Positions 12,200-22,785 of a DNA stretch of 64,000 nt are shown piece by piece. Every line of letters begins with the position of its first letter. Within the stretch, counting starts at the first letter, position 1. Location: positions 31,746,001-31,810,000 of the forward strand of contig NC_086097.1 in assembly GCF_963921235.1 (NCBI RefSeq). The letters are read 5' to 3'. The DNA is from Mobula hypostoma (taxonomy: Eukaryota). The notes beneath the pieces were generated by a model that had not been told where the DNA came from, searched no databases, and saw only the letters and a list, made by a program, of their open reading frames with translations. Made by a program: the position numbers and the translations under genes.

Positions 12200-13380
12200 G
12201 TTGACACATCTAGTGCCTTGATGTTGTACCAATCCAACTGGATTTTCCTGAGCCATTCACGTCCCAGCAATGATGGTCCTCCATTTTTCAGTACATAGAG
12301 GTGCAGCTGCTGTGTTTTATCTCCACAGGTCACTGTCACTTTAATTTTGCCTCCGGGATGCACTTTCTGTCCTGTGTAAGTCTTTAGTAGAAGGTTAGTT
12401 CGTTTCAGAGATAGGTGCGAAAACAGTCGTTTGTAGTCATGTACAGAGATCACTGTTAAAGCTGGGCCTGTGTCCAACTCCATTTTCAGTCTCACGCCCA
12501 CCACTTGTGGAGTGATCAATATTACTCTTCGATCATCTGTCTCTTTCACGCTGTGAAGTTGCCAACAAGACAATTCACTTTCATCGGAGTCGTTTTCATC
12601 AGAACTGCCTTCTTTCATTTTGTGTACCTTGTTTTATTTTCCCTTCTGGGGTTTCTTGTTTCTCTGTATTTTGCCCTTATTCTGCTGTTTACTAGCTTTT
12701 CATACTCTGCCAATGTGGCCCCGTTTGCCACAGTTTCTGCATTCTTTGTCTTTAATTCAACAGTCATCTGGGTCATGTGACCTGTTCCCACAATGGTAAC
12801 ATTTCTTTCCTTCATTCCTGTTCAGTGACATTTTATTTGTGGCATATTCCAGAGACTTCTGTTGTATCTGGGAAGCACCCCATGCCGCTGTTTCTGTTGA
12901 TATTGCAATGTTTAGCGCTTTCTCAAATGTAAGGTCTCTTTCACACAGAAGCTTCTTCTGTGTGGTTTCATGGTGCATGCCACACACTAACCTGTCCCTC
13001 AATGCATCTGACAGACCAGCTCCAAATTGACAATGTTCTGATAATTTGCACAATTCAGCACAATATTCAGAAATGCTTTCATTTTTGCTCTGATTCTGTT
13101 TGTGAAATTTAAATCTTTCAGCAATGACCAGTGGTTTGTGGTTTAAATGCTGTTGGAGGGTGTCTACTATTTGCTTGAACGTTTTGTCAGCTGGCTTTTC
13201 AGGAATTAACAAGCTCTGTAGCAGACCGTATGTTTTTGCTCCCATCATACTGAGTAAGACGCTGACTTTCTTTTCATCATTAACACCATTAGCCTCACAA
13301 TATGACTCTACTCTCTCAATGTAGGTTGCCTAGTCTTCAATGCCACTATCAGATGCTGTAATGGTTCCAATCATCGCCAT
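12200..13380 (-). pseudogene. Gypsy gag + aspartic protease, one frame with 4 internal stops
   Basis: ATG at 13380 (MAMIGTI...), [66 protein letters not shown]. Confidence 0.92.
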
Positions 13381-13746
13381 CTTTGTTATGTTAATTTAGC
13401 CCCACTTTCCCCTTGTTTTCTTTTTGACTCGTGTCCTTTTTGCTAGCGCCACGAGTGCACTCCGTCCCGATGCATGTGTCACTTCTTTTTATCTCCCTTC
13501 TGGGGCAGGCAGACCCTCAGTCCCCGGGGGTCAGCGCCGGCTGTGGTCTCGGCTGGATGTGCCGTGGCTCGGACTGTGTCTCTTGGTCTCCTGACGTTCC
13601 TGACCCCGGCTGTGCTCCCGCTTCCTTTCAGACTCGCAGTCTCGCTCTGCCTCCTTCTCCCGCTCCTTGGCTCGTTCCTTGCATTCTTCCTCCGAGTGTC
13701 GTTATCAACTAAAACTTGGCGTTCCGATAAGATGTAGGTTCATTAA

Positions 13747-13757
13747 CCTCGTCGCCA
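13747..13757 (-). promoter_or_regulatory. Primer-binding site, probably tRNA-Ser(GCU)
   Basis: Minus-strand TGGCGACGAGG 3 nt after the 5' LTR; complementary to the ...CCUCGUCGCCA 3' end of vertebrate tRNA-Ser(GCU) as recalled. Confidence 0.85.
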
Positions 13758-13760
13758 ATT

Positions 13761-13983
13761 TGTTGTGTATGTGGCCTGGTTACACAACAATGCTATTAAT
13801 AAAAATGCTGGAGACGGGAGCTAAGGTTCATGGCTCCTTACTGGCAGAAACGGAACTCGGCACACACGTACAGATCAATATGCGCCTAATAGCGCGTGCT
13901 CAATATACGCCTAATAGTGCATTCAACGACGTGTTACTAAAACATAAAGTAGTCTCTTATTATACTGTAGGCTATATGGTACA
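13761..13983 (-). repeat. 5' LTR (223 bp)
   Basis: Direct repeat of 10669-10891, followed by the PBS. Confidence 0.95.
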
Positions 13984-14569
13984 TGAACGATTCAGTTGTA
14001 TGAGTGAAGTAGTTTCAGAGGTTGGCTGATACTAGAACTAGAGCTTCTAGTTCGAGTTCTAGGTTAAGGGTGAAGGATGAAATAGTTAAGGGAACCTGAG
14101 GGGGAACTTCTTCCAACAGATGGTGGTGCAAGTGTGGATTGAGCTGCCAGCAGAAGTGGTGAATGTGGGTTTGATTGCAACATTTTTAGAGAAATTAGGT
14201 TAAAGTTCATGGATGGGAGGGATATGGAGGCCTATGGCTCAGATACAGAATGACTGTTCGTTGTGGATTAGGTAGGTCTATTTCTGTGCTCTAGTCCTCC
14301 AACTCTGTGACTATAACTCTACCCAACCTCTCCCTCCAGAATTTCCTTGAGTCCTGGCACTATCGTCATAAATCTTCTCTGCATTCCTGAGCAATTGGCA
14401 AAATGCAGGAGGAACTCAGCAGGTCAGTCCCGATGAAGGGTCTTGACCCAAAACATTGACTGTCCATTTCCATCCATAGATGCTGCCTCACCTGCTGGGT
14501 TCCTCCAGCATTTCATGTGGAGGGAGGGAGGGAAGGATGGAAGAAAAGAAGGAAGGAAGGCTGGCTTTA

Positions 14570-14860
14570 GAAGACTTTATTTGTCACATGTAATTTGAAA
14601 CATACAGTAAAATGCGTCGTTCGTGTCAATAAATCAGTGAGAATTACGCTGGGCAGCTAGCTTCCAGAGCCAACATAGTATGCCCACAACTTACTAACCC
14701 CAATCCATGCGTCTTTGAAATTTAGGAAGAAGCCAGAATACCTGGATGACTGTATTGGTTCACAGGGAGAACGTGCAGACTCCTCATAGACAGTGGCAGG
14801 AGCTGAGCCCTGGCTGCTGATCATTGGCTGGCACCGCAAAGCAATACGCTAACCCCTACC
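14570..14860 (-). mobile_element. V-SINE-like tRNA-derived SINE (similar copies ~40720-41010 and ~56560-56770, both minus)
   Basis: Minus strand GAGTCTGCACGTTCTCCCTGTG... resembles the V-SINE central domain; clearest in the 56590-56715 copy. Confidence 0.6.
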
Positions 14861-15269
14861 ATCTCCTGTGTTTTTTTCTGTTCACATTCTTTCCGGTTTA
14901 ATAAAGCCTTTCTGATAGCGGGACAGCCAAAACTGTACACAATACTCCAAGTGCTGTCTCATCAATCTCAAGTTCTGTTACTTTCTTTCCCTGGAAGTGT
15001 GTCTCCAACATTTTTTATAGATTCTGTATCACTTCCCATTTCAAAGCAATTCTCTGTATTAAAAATGTTTCCCTATCTCCGTCTCGTTGTTCCACTGAAT
15101 ACCTTTAATCATGTCCGCTGTCAGACACCCCTCCTGCTGGGGAAATTGTTTCTCTGTGTTTGCTCACACACAAGCTGCTGTAATTAAGAACAATTTCTAC
15201 ATCTGCTTCTCCGCTCCGAGCAACACCAGCTTCTAGCATGGGACACCTGCTGGATACTAGCATGGACAG

Positions 15270-16315
15270 AAGATAGACTGACTGGCAGGAGGCAAAGAGT
15301 GGAAATAAAGGGGGCCTTTTCTGGTTGGCTGCCAGTGATTAGTGGTGTTCTGCGATGTTGGGGCTGCTTTATTCATGTTATATGTAATGGTCTGTATGAT
15401 AGAATTGATAGCTTTGTGACCAAATTTGCAGTTAATACAAAGATAGGTGGAGGGGCAGGTAGTGTTAAGGAAGCAGGGCATCTGCAGAAGAGTTTGAACA
15501 GATGAGGAGAATGGGCAAAGAAGTGGCAGGTAGAATACAGTGTCAGAAAGTGTATGGTCATGCAGTTTGGTAGAAGGAATAAAGTGTAGACCACTTTCTA
15601 AAGGGAACAAATTCAGAAATTAAGGGTGGCAAAGGACTTGGCAATCCTTGCGCAGGATTCCCTAAAGGTGAACTTGTACATTGAGTTGGTAGTAAGGAAG
15701 GCAAATACAATGTTAGCATTCATTTCAAGAAGATTCAACTATAAGAGGCAGGATGTAATGCTGAGGTTTTATAAGGCATTGGTCAGACAACATCTGGTGT
15801 GGTATTAGGCTCCTTATCTAAAAAAGAATGAGAGTGCCCAGAGGAGGTTCACGAGAATGATCCTAGAAATGAAAGGGTTAATGTATGCGGAGCTCCAGCT
15901 GCCTCTAGACCTGTGCTCACTGGTGTTTAGAAGAACGGGGGGGGGGGGATCTCACTGAAACCTTTTGAATATTGAAAGGCCTAGATCGTGGATGCTCAGA
16001 GAATGTTTCCTATAGTGGGGGTGTCCAGTGGCAGGAGGCACAACCTCAGAATAGGAGGACGTCTCTTTAGAACAGAGATGAGGAGGAATTTCATTCACCA
16101 GAGGGAGGTGAATCTATGGAATTCATTGCCACAGGCGGCTGTGGAGGCCAAGAAAGTGGAAGTTGATAGGCTCTTGATTGGTGAAGGTGCCAGAGGTCAC
16201 GGGGAGAAGGTAGGAGAATGGGGTTGAGAAGGAAAATAAATCAGCCATGATGGAATGGCTGAGCAGACTTGAAGGGCCAACTGGCCTAATTCTACTCCTA
16301 TGTCTAATGGTCTTC
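15270..16315 (+). mobile_element. Degenerate CR1 LINE 3' fragment
   Basis: ORF pieces VTKFAVNTKIGG, KANTMLAFISR...YKALVRQHL, VNLWNSLPQ. Confidence 0.85.
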
Positions 16316-16374
16316 TTCCATCTTCCCAACTGTGCAGTCATCATTTCTGACATTTGAACATTAGAAACTTACAG

Positions 16375-17910
16375 GAGACACTCTCCCCCATCACCTACTC
16401 TATCCCTTCCCACTGAATACCCTCCCACAGTTCACAGGCACTCTTCTGCAGCCCCCCATGCCAATCTGTCCCTCCTACAGCTTATGGACACTCTCTTCCA
16501 TCCCAACTACCTCCCCAACCTTAAAATCCCCTCCCTCAGCCCTTGGACATTGCTGACTCCCCCTTCCCACTGAATCGTCTCCCACAATCCACGGACACTG
16601 ATTCTCTCCCACAACTTGGAGAGATTATTACCCCATCATCCACTCTCTCTTACCCATTGAATCCCCTCCCACAGTCCAAGGACATTCTCTCCCATCACCA
16701 ATTCTACCCAGCAACTGAATTCTCTTCCTCAACCTACGGACACTCTCCTCTAATCCAACATATACTTTCCCAGAGCCCGCGGACCCTCCCCACTCATCAC
16801 TGACTCTTCTGCCCCCACCAAATCCCCTCCCAATTTATCCCCTACTACCAACTCTTCCCTCGCCTACTGAAACCCCTCCCACAGCCCACAGACACTCCCA
16901 CCTGTCACCAACACTTCCCACCGACTGAATCCCTTCCCTCAGCCCACAGACACTCTCGTGCCATCACCAATTCTCCCCTGACCTACTGAATCCCCTCCCA
17001 TAGACTACGGACACTCTCCCCCATCACTGACTCTCCCTCCCACCCACAGTTCATGAACACACATCCCTTTCCTAACTCTCTCCCTGCCCACTGAATCCCC
17101 TCCCACAGACCACGGACACTCTCCCCCGTTACTGACTCTCCCTCCCACCCACAGAGTCCATTTCCACAGTTCATGAACACATTCTCCTTTCGCTATCTCT
17201 CCCCCATCCTCTGAATCCCCTCCTACAGACCACGGACACTCTCTCCCATTGCCCACTCTACCCCATCCCACTGAAACTCCTCCTACAGCCCATGGACTCT
17301 CTTCCCAGGCACTGAATACCCTCTCGCAGCCCACAAACACTCTTCCTGTCACCAACCCTCCCCACCCATTGAATCTCCTCCACAGACACTCTTCCCCCAT
17401 TGTCAACTCTCTCCCAACCCAACGCATTCCCTCCCACAGTCCACAGACAGTCACTCCTTATCACCGACTCTCCAGCCCCAGAGAACCCCATTCCACAGCC
17501 CACAGACATTCTCCTTCATCACCAGTTCTCCCCTCCCACAGCCCCAAGGACATACTCTACAATCACAGACTCTCCTCACCCACTGAATCCCCTCCCATAA
17601 GACCATAAAACATAGGAGACATACCATTCAGCCCATCGAGTCTCAACTGCCATTTTATCATGGCTGATTTATTATCTCTCAATCCCATTCTCCTGCCTTC
17701 TCCCCGTAACCTTTGTCATCCTGACTAATCAAGAACCTATCAACCTCCCACAGCCCCTCGTACACTCTTCCCCATCACTGACTCTCCTCACCCACAGAAT
17801 CCCCTCCCACATCTTCACAGACTCTCTGTCCCATCAGTGACTTTTTCCCCACCAACGGAATGCCCTCTGACAGCTCTGCAGACATTCCCTCCCATCTCTG
17901 ACCCACTGAG
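16375..17910. repeat. Degenerate C-rich minisatellite (roughly 60-bp units), interrupted by a CR1 3' end at ~17597-17745
   Basis: Recurrent CACTGAATCCCCTCCCACAG(C/T)CCAC(A/G)GACACTCTC motif. Confidence 0.8.
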
Positions 17911-18339
17911 GTCCTCCAGCTGTTTGGTTTTGGCTTCTATTCCCTAGCTGGCAGAGCAGATCAAAAGTGGAGGGCTATTGTCACATAGGAACCCTCCTAT
18001 GACAGCCCCATTTGGAGCTCCAACTCATCCACAACTGATTGTGTCATGCAGGTTATGTGTAAGTTAGGATGACTTAAGTTTATGTTAACTATGTTTGTCG
18101 TGCTGGTAATGTACTCTATTGCTGCTACTACAATTAGTCAACCTTCATGGCATTTATACCCTGGATCCGTATGCCCATGACAATAAACTTGAACTTCTAG
18201 ATCGGAAATAGGAAATGTCGTGAACACTTCCTGCAGGATCAGGAGCAGTCTGGGATTCCAATAGACCAGCTTTTGCAGATGGAATACTCGGGGGATGCAG
18301 TTTGGAAAGTCAGACCAGCATTGGACTTGTATTATGAAT

Positions 18340-19070
18340 GTTAGTCACTGTGTATTGTTCTGGAACAGAGGGACCTAGGAGCACAGGTGCATAGTTCATG
18401 GAAAGTGGCATCACAGGTAGACAAGGGGGAGAGAAAAGCATTTAGCAAGCTGGCCTTCATCAGTCAGAGCACTGAGTTAGGAGTTGGACATGATGTTGCA
18501 GTTGTACAAGTCATTGTTGAGTCAGCACTTGGAATATTATGGACAGTTTTGGCCACTCTGTTATAGGAAAGACGTGGTTAAACTGTAAAGAGTGCAGAGA
18601 GGATTTACAAGAACGTTGCCAGGCCTGAGTTACAGGGAGAGGTTGGCCAGCCTAGGTCTTTATTCCTTGGAATATAGGGGAATGGTGGGGGCGGGGGGGA
18701 GCGGGTGATCTCACAGAAATGGTTAAAATTATAAGAGGCAAATATAAGGCAGATGGTAACAGTCTTTTTCCCAGGGTGGGGGAGACCAAAATAAGGGGGC
18801 ATAGATTTAGGATGATAGGGGGTTTAAAAGGGACCCGAAGGGCAACTTTTTCACGCAGAGGGTATATGGAATGATTTGCCCAAGGAAGTAGTTGAGGCAG
18901 GTACAACAGTATTGTTTAAGAAGTATCTGGGTAGGTACATGGAGGGGTAGGGCTTGGAGAGGTTTGGGCTGTATGCAGAAAATAGGGACTGGCTGGTTGG
19001 GCACTGTGGTCAGCATGGACTTGTTGGGGCGAAGGGCCAGTACCTGTGCTCTGTTGTTCTATGACTCTAT
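18340..19070 (+). mobile_element. Degenerate CR1 3' fragment
   Basis: GAACAGAGGGACCTAGGA..., CACTTGGAATATT, AACTTTTTCACGCAGAGGGT and a CR1-type 3' UTR. Confidence 0.75.
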
Positions 19071-19569
19071 TTTGTACTCTTCCTTGCTGATTTCAATGTC
19101 TCTGAATGTATTATCATACCTTTCCAAGAAGGTGGACGATATTTCTCTGAAATGTCAATGCAGTTCGAGTTACCTCTGTCAGTCCTTTGCTTTCGCAGTT
19201 ATCCTGTGTTCATTGTTTGTTACATTGATTGGTAGCTGTAATGTTGTCCCTGTTGTTGAACTGTGTGCTCTGTCTGTGACGTCTTATCAGTGCGATAGAG
19301 CTTTCTATCGATGATAGCTGGCTGAACTTGCTTCAATCAGTCTGTGGCAATATCAATTCTTATGTCAATACTCTGGTTGTTAATCAACACCTTTCTCCAA
19401 AAGTCTGTCAGTTCACACAGTTTTGCACGAATTCTGTACAGCTCCAGTTCCTCATTGTCTGGGGAACCTATTGGAAAATCAATTCTGTTGTTTTGAATTG
19501 ACACTGTAACCACTTTCATTGCTCATCTTAACCTAGGATCTGTGGGTATTTACCATTCTTTTGCTAAGA

Positions 19570-20620
19570 CCATAAGACATAGAAGCAGAATTAGGCCATT
19601 CAGCCCATTGTGTCTGCTGCACCATTCCATCATGGCTGATTTATAATCCCTCTCATCCCCATTCTCCTGTCCTCTTCCTGTAACCTTTGATGCCTGACTA
19701 ATCAAAAATCTATCAATCTCTGCTTTAAATATACCCAATGACTTGGCTTCCACAGCTGACTGTGGCAACAAATTCAATACCCTTGGGCGCAAGAAATTCC
19801 TCCACATCTCTGTTCTTAAAGGAACATCCTTCTATTCTGAAGCTGTGTCTTCTTTTCCCAGACACTGCTGCTATTAGAGACATCCCCTCTGTCAGGTAGT
19901 GTTGAGGAGGCTTGAGCCAAAAGCAGAGCAGCAGAGATGATTTAGCAGTGAATGATTGCTGTAATAATAAAGTTATCACAAAATAAGAGAGAACAGATAT
20001 TTAACAAGTTAAAGCAGCAAGGTAACTGAAGGCTAGGAGCAACTGATTGAGGCTGGCTGGTTTGATGAGTGAACAAAAGGCTGTGGATGGGGGGGGGGTT
20101 TAAATAGGCTGCAAGTGACGCGTTGGAAACAAATGGCAGGTGACTCCTGTGAGCTGGGCGGAGACTGCTTTGTAGGCCTGACACTCTCCACATCCACTTT
20201 GTCTAGACTTTTCAATATCCAGGAGGTTTCAATGAGATCCCCCATCACCCTTCTGAACTCCATCGAGTACAGGCCCAGAGACATCAAATGCTTCTCGCAT
20301 ATTAACCCTTTCATTCCCAGGTCGTTCTGGACCCTCTCCAATGCCAGCCCATCCTTTCTTTGATAAGGGGCCCAAAACTGCTCACAGTACTCCAAGTGTG
20401 GTCTGACCAAAGCCTCAGCATTGCATCTCTTGATTTCATATTGTAGTCTCTGAGAAATGAATACTGACATTGCGTTTGCCTTACTCACCACTGACTCAAG
20501 TTAATGTTATGGGAGTGCTGGACTATATCTCCCAAGCCCCTTTGCACCTCGAATTGCTGAATAGTCGTCTCATTCAGATGATGCTCTACACTTTTATTTC
20601 TCCTACCAAAGTGCAAACTA
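19570..20620 (-). mobile_element. Degenerate CR1 3' fragment with an internal insertion
   Basis: ORF 20033-20491 (LVRPHLEYCEQFWAP, LGLYSMEFRR); ORF 19550-19807. Confidence 0.75.
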
Positions 20621-21749
20621 AACTAAGGCGTGCCTGGAACGCGCTGCTGGAAGATGATCTCACATGGCATCCGGGTGGACTGGTACAGGATTGGAAGGAG
20701 TCAGAGGGCAGTTATTCAGACTGGGGGCCTGTGACGAGCGGTGTGTAGCGGGGATTGGTGCTAGGTCCACCGTTGCTTATCTGCTTGGATGAATATGTTG
20801 TTATCCTAGTTTGTGTATGACACCAGAATTGGTGCCGTAGTGGATAGTGACAAAGTTCGTCTAAGTTACTGCAGGATTGAGATGAACTGGGCAAGTGGGC
20901 CAAAGAATGGTGAAGTGGTAGATAGGAAAATTGCTTTCTTATTGTCACATGTAGGGTGAAATACATTGTCCATATAAGTGGGCATTGGGGTGTACAAGGG
21001 AAAAATGCCAAATTAAGTGTTACAGTGACAGAGAAAGTTACAGGCAGCCTTTAAGGCCATCACAAAGTAGATTTTGAGAACAAGAGTTCTGAGGTGTTGG
21101 ATTTGGGAAGATAAATCAGAGCAAGAATTACTCAGTAAATAGGACAGCCTTGAAGTGTGTTAGTAAATTAGTGTATTAATTGCCACATATTCTGAGGTGC
21201 AGTGAAAAATGTTGTTTCACATACCATCCACACTGATCATTTCATCACAGTGCATTGAAGTAGTACAGTGGAAAACAATAACAGAATGCAGAATAAAGTG
21301 TTACAACTACAGAGAAGGTGCAGTCCAGGCAAACGATAAAGTGCAAAGCAGTAACAAGATAGATTGTGGGGTCACGAGTCCATCTTATTGTACTGATGGT
21401 TCAAATGGTTCCGTTTATTATCAGAGAATGCATACAGTACACAACCTGAAACACTCGTCTTCGCAAATATCCACGAAAAACAGAAGAATCCCAAAAGAAT
21501 GAACGAGAGAATAACGTTAGAATCCCGAAGCCCCTCTACCCTCCGTCGGGCAAGCAGCAGCAAGCATCAACCTCCCTCCTTCCCTCCACCCGTTTCAGCA
21601 AAAAGTGACAGTGTCCACCACCCACCAAGCAACAGCAAAGCACCCAAAGAGAGACCATGGTCTGCAGTCAACAAAAACTATTGTTTACCAGACAGATGGA
21701 CACGCCACAGTCTCTGTCTGTCTGTCTGTCTCTCCCTCCCTCCCTCCCT

Positions 21750-21790
<41 letters not shown>

Positions 21791-22785
21791 ACTAACATGG
21801 GACAGAGATATCACCCATTTTCACAGCGAAAGGGGACACTGACGGTCACTGTTCTGGTGTTACAGTCTGCCACGTCTTATTCCAAGACTCCTGACTCGAG
21901 AATCGGCAGCGAACTCTCCCCCCATCAGGAGAAAGAGAGAGAGAATGCGACCGCTCGACTACAGAGACCTCCGCCTACACATCCACCGCAACAAATCCTG
22001 ATGTTCCTTCTTCAGTGACATCTCAGTGGGCAACACCGGCCCGGAATCAGTCGGCCCCAGAGGCACCATCTTCCAAGCGGGGCCTGGAGGATGTCGGAAA
22101 ACGATCGGCTGACGAGCTCCAGGAATGGAAACTCATCGGCCATTCAAAAAAAAAATGCAGTTTAAATGCCACTTGCAGATCAGGACCTCGACAGAACCCC
22201 AACCACACTGAAAAGGGAAAAAAGAGGCATTAAAGAGAGGAATTGAAGCTGTTTCCGCAGATGAGCTCAAAGAGGCAGCCACTTGGCATTACCTTAACTC
22301 TACCAATGTTTTATAACTGTTGTTGAGCACCAGACAGAACTGAACAAGGAGACTCAGTGATACAAGTACATAGTTCCCTGAAAGTGGAAACACAGGCATT
22401 CACGGGCTGTTGAGTACAGGACTGCAACTATACAGGTTGCTCGCGAGTCTGTACTTGGAGTGCTGTGAGCAATTCTGGTTGTCCAGCTACAGGAAGGATG
22501 ATATTAAGATGGACAAGGTGCAGAAAAGATTTGCAAGTATGTTACTGGGACTGGAGGGCGTGAGTTATAAGGAGAGGCTGGGATTTTCTTCCCTGGAGCA
22601 AAAGAGGTTGAGGGGTGACCAGACAGATAGACATAAAATTATGTGGGATGTAGATAAGGTGAACAATCACAGTCTATTCCTTACGGTAAGGGAGTCTAAA
22701 ACTCGAAGGCACAGGTCTGAGTGAGAGGGGAAAGATTTAAAGTGGACTTGAGGGAAGTTTTTCACATAACAACTCATAAACACAA

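Larger units (their letters stand above)
10669..13983 (-). mobile_element. Gypsy/Ty3 LTR retrotransposon, non-autonomous chimera carrying a SUDS3 cDNA
   Basis: Two 223-bp direct repeats with TG...CA ends, TSD TGAAC (10664-10668 and 13984-13988), PBS, PPT, Gag with zinc knuckles and an aspartic protease DTG motif. Confidence 0.95.

Noticed and set aside
12690..13335. G-to-A hypermutation of the Gypsy gag
   Set aside because: Only two probable Trp-to-stop changes are visible; other lesions are C-to-T or indels, so it cannot be claimed without a consensus.
16543..17608. Pro/Ser/His-rich and Gly/Val/Trp-rich ORFs
   Set aside because: They are translations of a degenerate minisatellite; the same applies to the CA-rich ORFs at 54211-56315.
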